A stretch of 58,452 nt of DNA from assembly GCA_001770205.1 (NCBI GenBank), contig MEQL01000025.1, positions 62,001 through 120,452 on the forward strand, given 5' to 3'. Made by a program: the position numbers and the translations under genes. Below are positions 27,651 through 37,142 of the stretch, in pieces. Positions within the stretch are counted from its first letter, which is position 1. Each line of letters begins with the position of its first letter. The DNA comes from Bdellovibrionales bacterium RIFOXYD12_FULL_39_22 (GTDB taxonomy: Bacteria > Bdellovibrionota > Bacteriovoracia > Bacteriovoracales > Bacteriovoracaceae). The notes beneath the pieces are model-generated. The model was given only the letters and a program-made list of their open reading frames with translations, was not told where the DNA came from and did not search any database.

Positions 27651-29915
27651 ATGAGAAACAAATTCAAACAAGCAGTTCTAATTATACTTTCTTTTGCACT
27701 CTCTATAATAATCTCCAGTTGTAACTCAGAAATAAGCCGTGTAACATGGAAAACGACCCCTACTAGCAAAGTTTTACGAACTACTCCTACTCCTACAAAT
27801 AGTCCGCCCTTGGCCAACTCAATTTCACCAGATAATTTTGAAGAGGAAACACAAACGACAATAACTTTGAGCTATTTTGATTTAGAAGGAGACCTGGCCA
27901 CCGCTTGTAACATAAGCGGAGAGAATGGAATTATCATAAATGCGCCATGCACCTGCAACATTGTGGGAGTTTGCTCTGTCGAAATTATCGGCGCGATAAA
28001 TTACACTGGCCCTGGAAGCTTTAGTTACACCGTTTCCACAGGCACTGTAGTATCAAATACTGCTTTAGCGACATTTGAAATAGAGTCCGAGTACATTTCT
28101 ATTCCACAAAATCTGACTAGCTATACTTCATTAGCAAACAACGAATTATATGGCGCCTCTGTGGATAACATCGGGAACATATATGTAGGAACTTATTCAG
28201 GACTCTCTATTTCCAATAATGGAGGGATTAGCTTCTCTAACAAAACAACGGCCCAAGGACTCGGCGACAACAATATATTAAAAGTACATACTGATCCTTC
28301 TGGCCGCAATGTTTATGTTGCAACCGCTAACGGACTTTCCATTTCATGCGACGGAGGAATTAGTTTCTCCAATAAAACGACGGCCCAAGGACTTGGAAGC
28401 AATTCCGTCAAAAATGTTTTTGTAAATTCTTTAAACACCACCATCTATGTGGCCACAACTGGTGGCCTGGCCATTTCCGGCGATAGTGGAACTAGTTTTT
28501 CTAATAAAACTACCGTTCAGGGCCTTGGTAATAACAATACTACCGGCGTCTATCTTAATGCTGACGGCAGCATTATATATGCTGCAACATCCGGAGGACT
28601 TTCCATTTCAACAGATGGTGGAGGTAGTTTTACTAACAAAACTACCGCTCAGGGCCTTGGGAGTAATTCTGTACTTGGAGTTTTTATTGATCCAACTGGT
28701 GTCATATATGCGGCAACAATAGGAGGATTATCCATTTCTACAAATGGAGGCACCAGTTTTATTAACAGAACTACCGCTCAAGGGTTGGGGAACAATATGG
28801 TCAATAACGTATACGTTGATATCTCCGGTATTATATATGCTTCAACTCGCGCAGGACTGTCTATTTCGACGAATGGTGGCCTTAGTTTTTTAAACAAAAC
28901 AACGGCCAATGGATTAGGCCATAATACGGTCATGGAAACTTTTGTTGATTCCTCTGGAAATATTTATGCCGCAACACAATGGGGCCTTTCAATTTCAAAC
29001 GACGGGGGAACAACTTTCTCCAATATAGTAACAAATCAAGGGATCGGCCCCTATTACGTAACAGACATAGCTCTTGACGCCTCTAATAACATCTACGCCG
29101 CAACATCCGGTGGATTGGCCATTTCGGTAGATGGTGGAAACAATTTCTCTAACAGGACTACGGCCCAAGGACTTGGAAGTAATACCGTATCGGGAGTCCA
29201 TCTCGGATCTAGCGGAAGTATTTATGTTGCAACAGGTGGGGGCCTTTCTATCTCTACCGATAACGGCGTTAGTTTCTCAAATAAAACGACTGCTCAGGGC
29301 CTTGGAAGTAATTCTGTCCGCAATGTTTATACTTCGATCTCTTCCGAATACATCTACGCCGCAACATCTGGTGGCCTTTCTATTTCAACAAACAGTGGTG
29401 CAACTTTCTCCAACAAGACAACGGCACAAGGACTTGGGCACAACGATACGTATGATGTCTGCCTTGACTCTTTTGGAAATATCTATGTCGCTAATTATGG
29501 CGGACTCTCAATTTCAACAGACGGGGGAACTAGCTTTACAAATAAAACTACGGCGCAGGGCCTTGGAAACAATTGGGTATTCGCGGTATTCATTGATCTT
29601 GAAGATAATATTTATGCTGCCACTTTGGGTGGACTCTCTATTTCAACTGACAACGGCATTAGTTTCTCAAATAAAACTACTTCCCAAGGACTCGGAAACG
29701 ATAACGTGCGAGGAGTATATGTAGATTCCTCCGGGACCATTTACGCGGCCACTGCCGCAGGGCTGTCTATTTCATACGATGGTGGATCTAATTTTATTAA
29801 TAAATCAACAGATCAAGGAATTGGAACCATTTCGGCAAATAGCGTTTTTATTATGGAATCTTCCAATACCATTTATGTTCCAACAAATTATGGCATCTCT
29901 GTACATGCTTATTAG
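27651..29915 (+). CDS. Surface lipoprotein: Ig-like domain plus ~14-bladed Asp-box/Reg_prop-like beta-propeller repeats
   Basis: Lipobox ISSC; 'DLEGD...NYTGPGSFSYTV' Ig-like segment; 13 complete plus 1 partial 43-44-aa repeats 'IYAAT.GGLSIS.DGG.SF.NKTTAQGLG.N'. Confidence 0.85.
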   Translation: MRNKFKQAVLIILSFALSIIISSCNSEISRVTWKTTPTSKVLRTTPTPTNSPPLANSISPDNFEEETQTTITLSYFDLEGDLATACNISGENGIIINAPCTCNIVGVCSVEIIGAINYTGPGSFSYTVSTGTVVSNTALATFEIESEYISIPQNLTSYTSLANNELYGASVDNIGNIYVGTYSGLSISNNGGISFSNKTTAQGLGDNNILKVHTDPSGRNVYVATANGLSISCDGGISFSNKTTAQGLGSNSVKNVFVNSLNTTIYVATTGGLAISGDSGTSFSNKTTVQGLGNNNTTGVYLNADGSIIYAATSGGLSISTDGGGSFTNKTTAQGLGSNSVLGVFIDPTGVIYAATIGGLSISTNGGTSFINRTTAQGLGNNMVNNVYVDISGIIYASTRAGLSISTNGGLSFLNKTTANGLGHNTVMETFVDSSGNIYAATQWGLSISNDGGTTFSNIVTNQGIGPYYVTDIALDASNNIYAATSGGLAISVDGGNNFSNRTTAQGLGSNTVSGVHLGSSGSIYVATGGGLSISTDNGVSFSNKTTAQGLGSNSVRNVYTSISSEYIYAATSGGLSISTNSGATFSNKTTAQGLGHNDTYDVCLDSFGNIYVANYGGLSISTDGGTSFTNKTTAQGLGNNWVFAVFIDLEDNIYAATLGGLSISTDNGISFSNKTTSQGLGNDNVRGVYVDSSGTIYAATAAGLSISYDGGSNFINKSTDQGIGTISANSVFIMESSNTIYVPTNYGISVHAY

Positions 29916-29982
29916 CTTTGAGATACTTTAAGGTACCATTACTTCCTTGGCCTTATCCTCTTAATAATCTGGCTACACACTC

Positions 29983-32721
29983 TTAGTTCAACATTTCATT
30001 AAGGCCTCTAGCTCGCATTCGGGCTTGTTTTTTTATATACTCTTCGACCTGTCTTAATTTTTTAATAAACGAAGCATCGTTGTTGGTCGTTCCATTTATT
30101 TTATAAGCAGTGAACATATCTCCAGCAAAATTTGACTCGCCAAGAAGAGTTTTTTCAGTTCCACCGTCTTGATAGACAATTAAGAAGGGATATCCAGGAG
30201 CAATGATGTCACTATCCAAAATTGCTAACGGATTAAACTCTCCTTCTGAATTGACAAGATTAAAATCCACTGTCATTTTAGGAAGACCATCGTCATATTT
30301 TTTATAATTTAACAAAGCTTTTTTTGCCACCTCTTTAGTTACAGGAGGACCGGCGAAGATCTCTTTTTTTCGCCCCACTCTTTCAGGCAACTTTCTAGCT
30401 TCATCAGTATAATTTTCTTGTCTGACATTTAAGCTGCTACTGCTTCCACCTGAGCTCTGCCCTGGCTGTGCATAAGTGGGTGTATTACCAACGTTCCCGT
30501 TACTTTTAGGAGAACTGCTTGCGCCACGTTTTACAATTGAATCATTCTTATAATTTGTTGGTGGATTCCGATCCCAATCATCGACGTCATAATATCGGTC
30601 TTGACGTGCAACGAAGGGTTTACCAGAATCTCCTCCCCATAAAGGCCGTCGTTTGGCCTCGGCAATTTCCGCATCAAGCTCAGCTTGTTTTGCCTTCATA
30701 CTAGCAAGATCAGCTTCTAACTCTTTAACCTTGGCACTATTTTGTTTTTCTTTTTGAGAGGCAATTTGCCCTTCGAGATCTTTGATTTTTGCTTGATTAT
30801 TTCCATTAGCAATATCCAACATCTTGTCATAAATACTATCACCGATCCTCTCGGCGGCCTCCCTTTTGGCAAATCCTTGGCGCTCTTCGGTGGAATTATC
30901 TGTACTGGCAACATTTGAACCACTCTGTCCAACACTTGATCCAATTATACTACTACCGCCGCCAATTGATGAAAAATTACTTGCAGATGGTTGCGCTCGC
31001 GCTGGTGCATATTGTTTATAATGTTCTTCCACTTGCGAATCGGAGGTAATTTTAGGCCCACGACTACTTTCGCCAGAAGAAGTGCTTTTGCCTTCTACTG
31101 CTTCAAGTCTTCCCGCCAGTGAGTCTGCCACCGGGGCAGCTGCTGCTGGTGCACCATCTGGTTGCTTAGTGATAAATGGAACTAGCCAATAATCATTGTG
31201 ATCATTTTTATCACTCTGTCCGACGCTACTGGAAGTGTTAGAGTTCGAAGCAAGCGAGTCCCCACGACTTAACTTGTTTTCGCGAACATCTTCAATACCA
31301 CTTTCTACTAAGCCCTTTTTATACTCATACAAAGATACTAGTCCCACCTCTTTATTGCACAAAGGATTGTTTTTTCCTTCAGCTCCAGTAGACACCGTCT
31401 GCTCCCAACGTTTCTTCCGCGTTTGTCCTTTGCAGTTTGTCTCCCACCAAGAAATAATTGACTCTCGTGAAGAACAAGCCTGCCCACTACCTTGCTTGGA
31501 ACAGAGTTCTTTGCATACCTGCTCATTAAAATCCAGGAATCTATCCAACTCGCTTGAAAAGTTTCTTATCATTGCGCTGGCATCAGGAGTCTGCAAAACA
31601 ATCTTTCTAACTATACCACGAGAAGGTTCCTCAATATTTTTTGATACATTTTGACAGACAAATTTATTATATAATGAAAGATCATTAAATTCCTCAAATG
31701 GTTGCGCGATAGGATCAACAACAAAGTCTGCAGATGCTTGACAAATCAAGGCCGCCATCTTTTCAATATTTTTCTCACAAACATCCTGGAGATTTCCCAA
31801 CTTAGAAGCCGCGACATCAATATATTTACCAATGGCAACATCATCAGAGAATGTTGGTCCCGAGCTCAAAAAGTCTTGAAAATTTTCCCCATCTGATACC
31901 ACAATATTGAATTTGGGATATTTTCGGGAGACTTCCACTAATGACATCAAATTATCCATAATCTCATTAGACCCTTTTTCCGTTTTCTTCAAACGGTCTA
32001 TCATATCAAAAAGATTCTCCCCACTCCTAGTTGCACTTTTTATTAGATTTTGGTTATCTTTCATCCAATCCAATGCGCTTTGAATTTCTACAAAAACTAC
32101 CCTTGGTGGCACCATTTTAGCTCGATGAAAATCTACAAAACTGATGCATGTTTTTCCGTCGCTTCCTGGTTTACTTTTGGCTATGCTAAATAAATCTGCA
32201 TTTAGCCCGCTTATAAAACTTGCCAGAGCGCTTTCGGCGGACATGGGTTTTAAATATTCAAAGAAAGATTTGATTTCTGTATCACGATTTTGACAAACAG
32301 CTCTTTTTTTAAGCTCTGAAAGCGATAGTTTGTAAGTTTGGCAACTTGCAATTTTCCCCGAATTTTCTCCTTTCCCTAAGCTTCTTCCAACGTGCAGATC
32401 CAAAATCCCCCTCATGAAAAAGTCGCTAATAAATGCCTTCATCGATTCAAAGGCAATCTTCTTATTTTTTTTAAGATACTCTTCTTTATTGATCACTCCA
32501 CCAACCTCAATTTTCTTATGACATTCACACACCGAATTTGGATCTTTACTCATGCTCTCTTTTGAACACTCTTTAGTTCCTAGCCCCATTTTGCCCATAA
32601 CTGACATTTGGTCAGTTAATGATTTTTCAGCTTCTTGAGTACAAATTCCCGTCATACAATTTTCTTCTGCGCGAGCAAAAGAAAACAACAAAACTAATAT
32701 TGCCACTAATTTTATCTTCAT
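29983..32721 (-). CDS. Large secreted Cys-rich hypothetical protein with Ser/Gly-rich linkers and coiled coil
   Basis: Signal peptide 'MKIKLVAILVLLFSFARA'; 912-aa ORF. Confidence 0.7.
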   Translation of the reverse strand: MKIKLVAILVLLFSFARAEENCMTGICTQEAEKSLTDQMSVMGKMGLGTKECSKESMSKDPNSVCECHKKIEVGGVINKEEYLKKNKKIAFESMKAFISDFFMRGILDLHVGRSLGKGENSGKIASCQTYKLSLSELKKRAVCQNRDTEIKSFFEYLKPMSAESALASFISGLNADLFSIAKSKPGSDGKTCISFVDFHRAKMVPPRVVFVEIQSALDWMKDNQNLIKSATRSGENLFDMIDRLKKTEKGSNEIMDNLMSLVEVSRKYPKFNIVVSDGENFQDFLSSGPTFSDDVAIGKYIDVAASKLGNLQDVCEKNIEKMAALICQASADFVVDPIAQPFEEFNDLSLYNKFVCQNVSKNIEEPSRGIVRKIVLQTPDASAMIRNFSSELDRFLDFNEQVCKELCSKQGSGQACSSRESIISWWETNCKGQTRKKRWEQTVSTGAEGKNNPLCNKEVGLVSLYEYKKGLVESGIEDVRENKLSRGDSLASNSNTSSSVGQSDKNDHNDYWLVPFITKQPDGAPAAAAPVADSLAGRLEAVEGKSTSSGESSRGPKITSDSQVEEHYKQYAPARAQPSASNFSSIGGGSSIIGSSVGQSGSNVASTDNSTEERQGFAKREAAERIGDSIYDKMLDIANGNNQAKIKDLEGQIASQKEKQNSAKVKELEADLASMKAKQAELDAEIAEAKRRPLWGGDSGKPFVARQDRYYDVDDWDRNPPTNYKNDSIVKRGASSSPKSNGNVGNTPTYAQPGQSSGGSSSSLNVRQENYTDEARKLPERVGRKKEIFAGPPVTKEVAKKALLNYKKYDDGLPKMTVDFNLVNSEGEFNPLAILDSDIIAPGYPFLIVYQDGGTEKTLLGESNFAGDMFTAYKINGTTNNDASFIKKLRQVEEYIKKQARMRARGLNEMLN

Positions 32722-33443
32722 TTTTTACCTTCTTGTAGTGATGCTACCTGCAATAGATCAGCGCTACTCATAGCTCCCATATTGGCGATAAATACAATAT
32801 ATTCTTTCCACATTTGAACTTGAGTTTCTAAACGAGCATTTTGTGGATCTCTCTTTAGCCGCGCTTCTGCTGCTTTTAACTCTTTGTCTACATAATCATA
32901 AATCGTATTTCCACCGGGGTCTTTGTCATTGATGTTACATTTATTATTTTTATAAAACTCCACCATCATCCGCTTTCTTCTATTTATTGCTGCGAAAGAA
33001 AAAATTGTATCCTCGGCTCCATCCCCTCCAACACAATAGATGGAATTATATATGGCAGGATCGTGAATCTTGTAACAATAAGTGGTATCCCTCTCAATCT
33101 TATCCAAGACCCTTGTCATAATTCCGCTATAAACAGCAAGGTCATCTCTCCCAATACAATCACAAATTTTGATCATGGTTACTTCGTTAAAATATTTTGT
33201 TAGCGGTGTTACTCTCTTTGCCTTCGGAGGTCGACACGATTCTTCATAATCAGCTTTTGCCAGAGGAACTATGAATTTCTCAATATCACCGGTCGATATT
33301 TTTTGCGGATCTCGATAAGAACAATTATCTAAGCACTCAGAATATCCGCCTCCAGGATTTTTGTCGGAAGCCACAAGAATGGGAAGCAGACTAAAAAATA
33401 AGAGAAAAAACAAACCAAAAAATGAAACGCTAAACTGTTTCAT
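32718..33443 (-). CDS. Secreted hypothetical protein with ankyrin-like C-terminal segment
   Basis: GGGGAG RBS before ATG 33443; 'NINDKDPGGNTIYDYV' ankyrin-like motif; 4-nt overlap with the next gene. Confidence 0.55.
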   Translation of the reverse strand: MKQFSVSFFGLFFLLFFSLLPILVASDKNPGGGYSECLDNCSYRDPQKISTGDIEKFIVPLAKADYEESCRPPKAKRVTPLTKYFNEVTMIKICDCIGRDDLAVYSGIMTRVLDKIERDTTYCYKIHDPAIYNSIYCVGGDGAEDTIFSFAAINRRKRMMVEFYKNNKCNINDKDPGGNTIYDYVDKELKAAEARLKRDPQNARLETQVQMWKEYIVFIANMGAMSSADLLQVASLQEGKK

Positions 33444-33609
33444 ACAAAACACTCCCCCTGTCGTTTAACCATATAACGCAGCAGCACGACTATGGTATTG
33501 ACACTTAAATTTTTTCACAGATCATGAGTAAGTCAACTATTTTAAGTTATGCAAAAATTGCCGTTGGATTGATATGGTAGCTTTGGCAGTATTAAATTAT
33601 AAGTAGTCA

Positions 33610-33635
33610 TACATCCCTCAAGATACGAGGATGTA
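33610..33635 (-). terminator. Possible terminator hairpin downstream of ABC exporter
   Basis: TACATCC...GGATGTA stem with inner CTC/GAG pairing; weak U-tract. Confidence 0.3.
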
Positions 33636-33659
33636 GTGATGCTTGTTGATGGGGGCCAG

Positions 33660-35354
33660 CTATGCTGCCGAGCAAATATCCTTAAACTCAGCAGTTTTTT
33701 GCACGAATTCTGGTGGGCCATCATGAATAATTTTGCCATTATCAATCAAAATTACTCTGGTAAAGCGATTTAGTTCTTCGTAGTCATGAGTAGTGCAAAT
33801 TACTAAATCAGAAGATAATTTAGAAAAGAGCAAATCCCAAACAACTTGTTTTATTTTTCCATTCAACGCTGTAGTCGGTTCATCAAAAATATTAATGGCC
33901 CCGATGCGATTAATCACGCGAGCAAGAGATAGTCGTTTGGCCTCTCCTCCCGAAATGTTTGAAGCTTTTTCAGCAATTCTTTTTTTCTCATCTTGAAAAG
34001 AGTGGTTGAGATCAAGTATATCAAATATTTTCTTTTGCGATTCTTCTAATTTGTCCTGATAAAAGACACTCTCTGCTAAATTACCAGAGATCAAATATGG
34101 TGATTGTGGACAATATCTAAGCAAATCAAAATGTGAGCTAGAAGATAGTTTATTAAGGGAGACACCATCCACCAGAACATTGTCACGTGACTCTGCTCGC
34201 ATTCCTGCAGCAATTTCAATAAAGCTACTCTTTCCTTTTCCAGTTGCTCCTACTACGGCAACTTTCTCTCCTCGGCCAAACGTTAATTCTTTTTCAATGG
34301 TAAAGCTAGATAGGCCCTTAGTAATAATTTGTGGTAGTAGTTTTAATTCCTCGGCAGTTGTCAACTTTATTCCATCTCTATCAAATGCAGACATAGATAA
34401 AGTTGCATTTAGTCCTTTTATATCCACACTAAATTGATCAAAGTGTCTTATAGATTGTAATAATTGATTGAAGGCAGCGGATAATCTGGCCGTTATGGCC
34501 AGAAGTGTGAATAGGTGTCCAATGCTCATCAAATTGTTTTTGATGGAATAAATTCCCCAAAACAGTGTTAGTAATAATACCGCATTGGAGGAATTATAAA
34601 ATAAATTATCAATGAAAGAACCAGATACTGATAATTTAACAGATTTTTCAGCATAACTTTTAAAGGGGAAGCTAATACGCGACAGCGCGTATTCGGTGGC
34701 CTTTTCGATTTTAAAAATTATTCCATTTGTTAATACTTCTACCATTTCTCCTGTCACCTCATCTTCCGCATCATTTACCTCATTTAGTTGCTCGCGTCGT
34801 TTTTTTATTAACGCTACAACTATTAACTGATGGGCCATTAATACCAATAAGATCACAACTAAAAGAGTGGATGCTTTTAAATAGGCCAATATTATTGCCG
34901 ATATCAAAAGTTCTAATAAAATTGGAATAACCGAAGTGGTTATATGGCCAAGTAGTTTTTCATGAGCGGTTATTCCTCGTTCAATAGAGTGGACAACCCT
35001 GCCAACTTGCTTGTCATCAAAATTATGCATATCCTTTTTTAGAATAATTTCAATCCATTTCATGGAATGGGCATAAATATTTTCTTGGACAAATTTTGTT
35101 AACGCATATGTTTGCAGTGGAGTGAGAAGTAAAGTTGCAAACCAGATGGTGATAAAAATTATAATATTGCCATCTAAATAGCTAAGAGTCTGCCAATTAT
35201 TATTGAGCTGATCAAAAATTTTACCAGTATAGAGCGGCATTAGCAGAGCAAAAACCTTTAGGCCCGCGATCAAGCTAAGGGCAGAAACAAATAACCCTCT
35301 TTTTTCTTTTATGCAGTCATATAAAAAGGCCAATATTGACTTAATTGTTCTCAT
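33660..35354 (-). CDS. ABC exporter (fused TMD + ATPase), no C39 peptidase domain
   Basis: About 6 TM helices; Walker A GATGKGKS, signature ISGGEAKR, Walker B INIFDEP, H-loop TTHD; 14-nt overlap with YcaO gene, AGGAG RBS. Confidence 0.92.
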   Translation of the reverse strand: MRTIKSILAFLYDCIKEKRGLFVSALSLIAGLKVFALLMPLYTGKIFDQLNNNWQTLSYLDGNIIIFITIWFATLLLTPLQTYALTKFVQENIYAHSMKWIEIILKKDMHNFDDKQVGRVVHSIERGITAHEKLLGHITTSVIPILLELLISAIILAYLKASTLLVVILLVLMAHQLIVVALIKKRREQLNEVNDAEDEVTGEMVEVLTNGIIFKIEKATEYALSRISFPFKSYAEKSVKLSVSGSFIDNLFYNSSNAVLLLTLFWGIYSIKNNLMSIGHLFTLLAITARLSAAFNQLLQSIRHFDQFSVDIKGLNATLSMSAFDRDGIKLTTAEELKLLPQIITKGLSSFTIEKELTFGRGEKVAVVGATGKGKSSFIEIAAGMRAESRDNVLVDGVSLNKLSSSSHFDLLRYCPQSPYLISGNLAESVFYQDKLEESQKKIFDILDLNHSFQDEKKRIAEKASNISGGEAKRLSLARVINRIGAINIFDEPTTALNGKIKQVVWDLLFSKLSSDLVICTTHDYEELNRFTRVILIDNGKIIHDGPPEFVQKTAEFKDICSAA

Positions 35355-36603
35355 AGTCTCTCCTCGTGAAATAATAATTTTGTGGAACTACCGGCAAACC
35401 ACTTCGTATCAGGTGAAACCTATCCATACCAGGAATAAAGACTTGAACAATAGACACTCCTTCATGGTTTAGAATTTCTCGAAACAGTGGTGAAAATCCG
35501 GCGGCAAAAAGTTTTTGATTTAAATAGATAACTTGATCTTTTGTACTGGCCGCGGCCATCCGTTTTGAAAAATGTAATGGCGGCGATAATGGTGAAGATA
35601 TTTTTTTTAAATCACTAAATTCGATATAAATTAATTTTCTCAAAAGGCCATTTGCTGACAAGAAAGCAATTGCTTGTTCATCTTCCGCATTTTCTTTTTC
35701 GGAGTTAAGTGCAACCAACTGCAAAAGTTCATCCATACTTCGCAATATTGCTAAATCAAAAGAAAGCGAACTCCCACCTCCGGCCATTGATAATTTAAAC
35801 TTATATCTGCATCTACTACTATCTTTCAAAAAAGAAAATGCGACAAAAGAGTTAAATGGAGTCTGTGTAAACACAGTCATGACTTCGCTATTGGTATCAC
35901 CAACAATTTTTTTTCTTGTAGTTAAAATTTCTGGAGTTGCAAATTCCATCTCTGAACATATTAAATGCCACTTGATGCCAGTAGAACGGCCAATAAGATC
36001 AAGACAAAGTTGAGAGTAGTAATGCCGTTCAATAGTTTCATTTATTCCATGAAGATACGCATCCTCAAAAGTTATCCCCAAACTTGTACCTGAATTGGAA
36101 GAGTATTTTCCCAAGGTCTGCTCTTGCAGCGAGGCCATCTTGGCATAAAATGGATTGACTAAAACATACGGCACCAGACAATTTCTTTGCGTTATAGCAT
36201 TCGTAAAATTTACACTTTGAAGTCTATTATTTTTATTATTATCGTTTTCGTAACCATGATCGTTATCATTCCTGCTTGCTCTCAAAATTCCATCCAATTT
36301 GAATTCATTTTGATCGATAATTTTCGAAAAGGTTGTCGGTTGCAACAATACCTTTAACGTATCTTGCATAAGAAGATAATGTTCAATTGCCTCGGCCTGT
36401 GCCCCGATAGAATGATTTTTTCCTTTACCACTTCCTGCGGCCAATTCATTCCCGGCCTCATCAAATATGGCCACATGCGAGACTTGTCGACTAGCATCTT
36501 TGACTATAGTTTTAGTTTTTAGATGGTATGTATTTAATAAATTTCCAATGGCCTTGCGCGCCACTTTCGTTGTTGTTGATCGTTCTAGGTTGTACAAATT
36601 CAT
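35341..36603 (-). CDS. Stand-alone YcaO-family protein (ATP-dependent peptide backbone activation)
   Basis: 'GSGKG...AQAEAIEH', 'SSNSGTSLG...HGINETIERH', 'GGGSSL...AILRSMDELLQ', 'VQVFIPGMD'; lacks a C-terminal PxPxP motif. Confidence 0.9.
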   Translation of the reverse strand: MNLYNLERSTTTKVARKAIGNLLNTYHLKTKTIVKDASRQVSHVAIFDEAGNELAAGSGKGKNHSIGAQAEAIEHYLLMQDTLKVLLQPTTFSKIIDQNEFKLDGILRASRNDNDHGYENDNNKNNRLQSVNFTNAITQRNCLVPYVLVNPFYAKMASLQEQTLGKYSSNSGTSLGITFEDAYLHGINETIERHYYSQLCLDLIGRSTGIKWHLICSEMEFATPEILTTRKKIVGDTNSEVMTVFTQTPFNSFVAFSFLKDSSRCRYKFKLSMAGGGSSLSFDLAILRSMDELLQLVALNSEKENAEDEQAIAFLSANGLLRKLIYIEFSDLKKISSPLSPPLHFSKRMAAASTKDQVIYLNQKLFAAGFSPLFREILNHEGVSIVQVFIPGMDRFHLIRSGLPVVPQNYYFTRRDYENN

Positions 36604-36615
36604 TGGCCCCTACTT

Positions 36616-36645
36616 AATGGCCCGAGGTAATTACCTTGGGCCATT
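36616..36645 (-). promoter_or_regulatory. Intercistronic hairpin between precursor peptide gene and ycaO
   Basis: AATGGCCCGAGGTAA/TTACCTTGGGCCATT, 15-nt arms with one mismatch, no U-tract. Confidence 0.7.
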
Positions 36646-36657
36646 GATTGAAAATGA

Positions 36658-36744
36658 CTATTTTAAAGTCTGAAAAAAAGTTGACTCGATAATGGTAATA
36701 GGCGGTAATATTGCGCCAATATTTATTTCTGTTCTTCTTCCCAT
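36658..36744 (-). CDS. Putative RiPP precursor peptide, 28 aa (MGRRTEINIGAILPPITIIESTFFQTLK); not in the supplied ORF track
   Basis: AAGGAG RBS (36751-36756) 6 nt before ATG 36744; TAG at 36658-36660; first gene upstream of ycaO on the same strand. Confidence 0.75.
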   Translation of the reverse strand: MGRRTEINIGAILPPITIIESTFFQTLK

Positions 36745-36796
36745 AGACTACTCCTTGTTTGATAATGCGTTATTGCACTTCGTGATGATGCACTTG

Positions 36797-36812
36797 TGCA
36801 CAACCTATGCCA
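36797..36812 (-). promoter_or_regulatory. Putative sigma54 (-24/-12) promoter of the peptide-ycaO-ABC operon
   Basis: Minus strand TGGCATAGGTTGTGCA: GG-N10-GC with TGGCA and TGCA blocks. Confidence 0.6.
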
Positions 36813-37142
36813 TTCTCGTTTAGTGAGTAATTAGTGAGTTAGCAAAAAGTAAGCGTTAACTGTTCTCAAATTGAGTACGTTGAAATTCAATAATTCAATA
36901 ATTCGTTATGCAATATTTTATCTTCTAAGCAGAATTTTTTAAGCCGGAGTGTCCAGAATTTGGACGGCCATGAATAATTTACCTTACAGCAGAGTCCTCG
37001 ACTATATTTTTTTAAAATTATCGCTACAATCAAATTCAACACAAAACGATTTCGACAGTAGAGTGCTTGTTGACTGTATATGATGAATAAGAAAAACAAC
37101 TGTTCAATGTCACCTTGACTGTCCAATATAAGGAGATAATTT

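Noticed and set aside
28230..29720. Regularly spaced DNA repeats (AATAAAACxACxGCxCAAGGACTTGG) that could look like a CRISPR array
   Set aside because: The period is 129-132 nt and in frame, with variation at synonymous positions inside one ORF; no cas genes. These are protein repeats.
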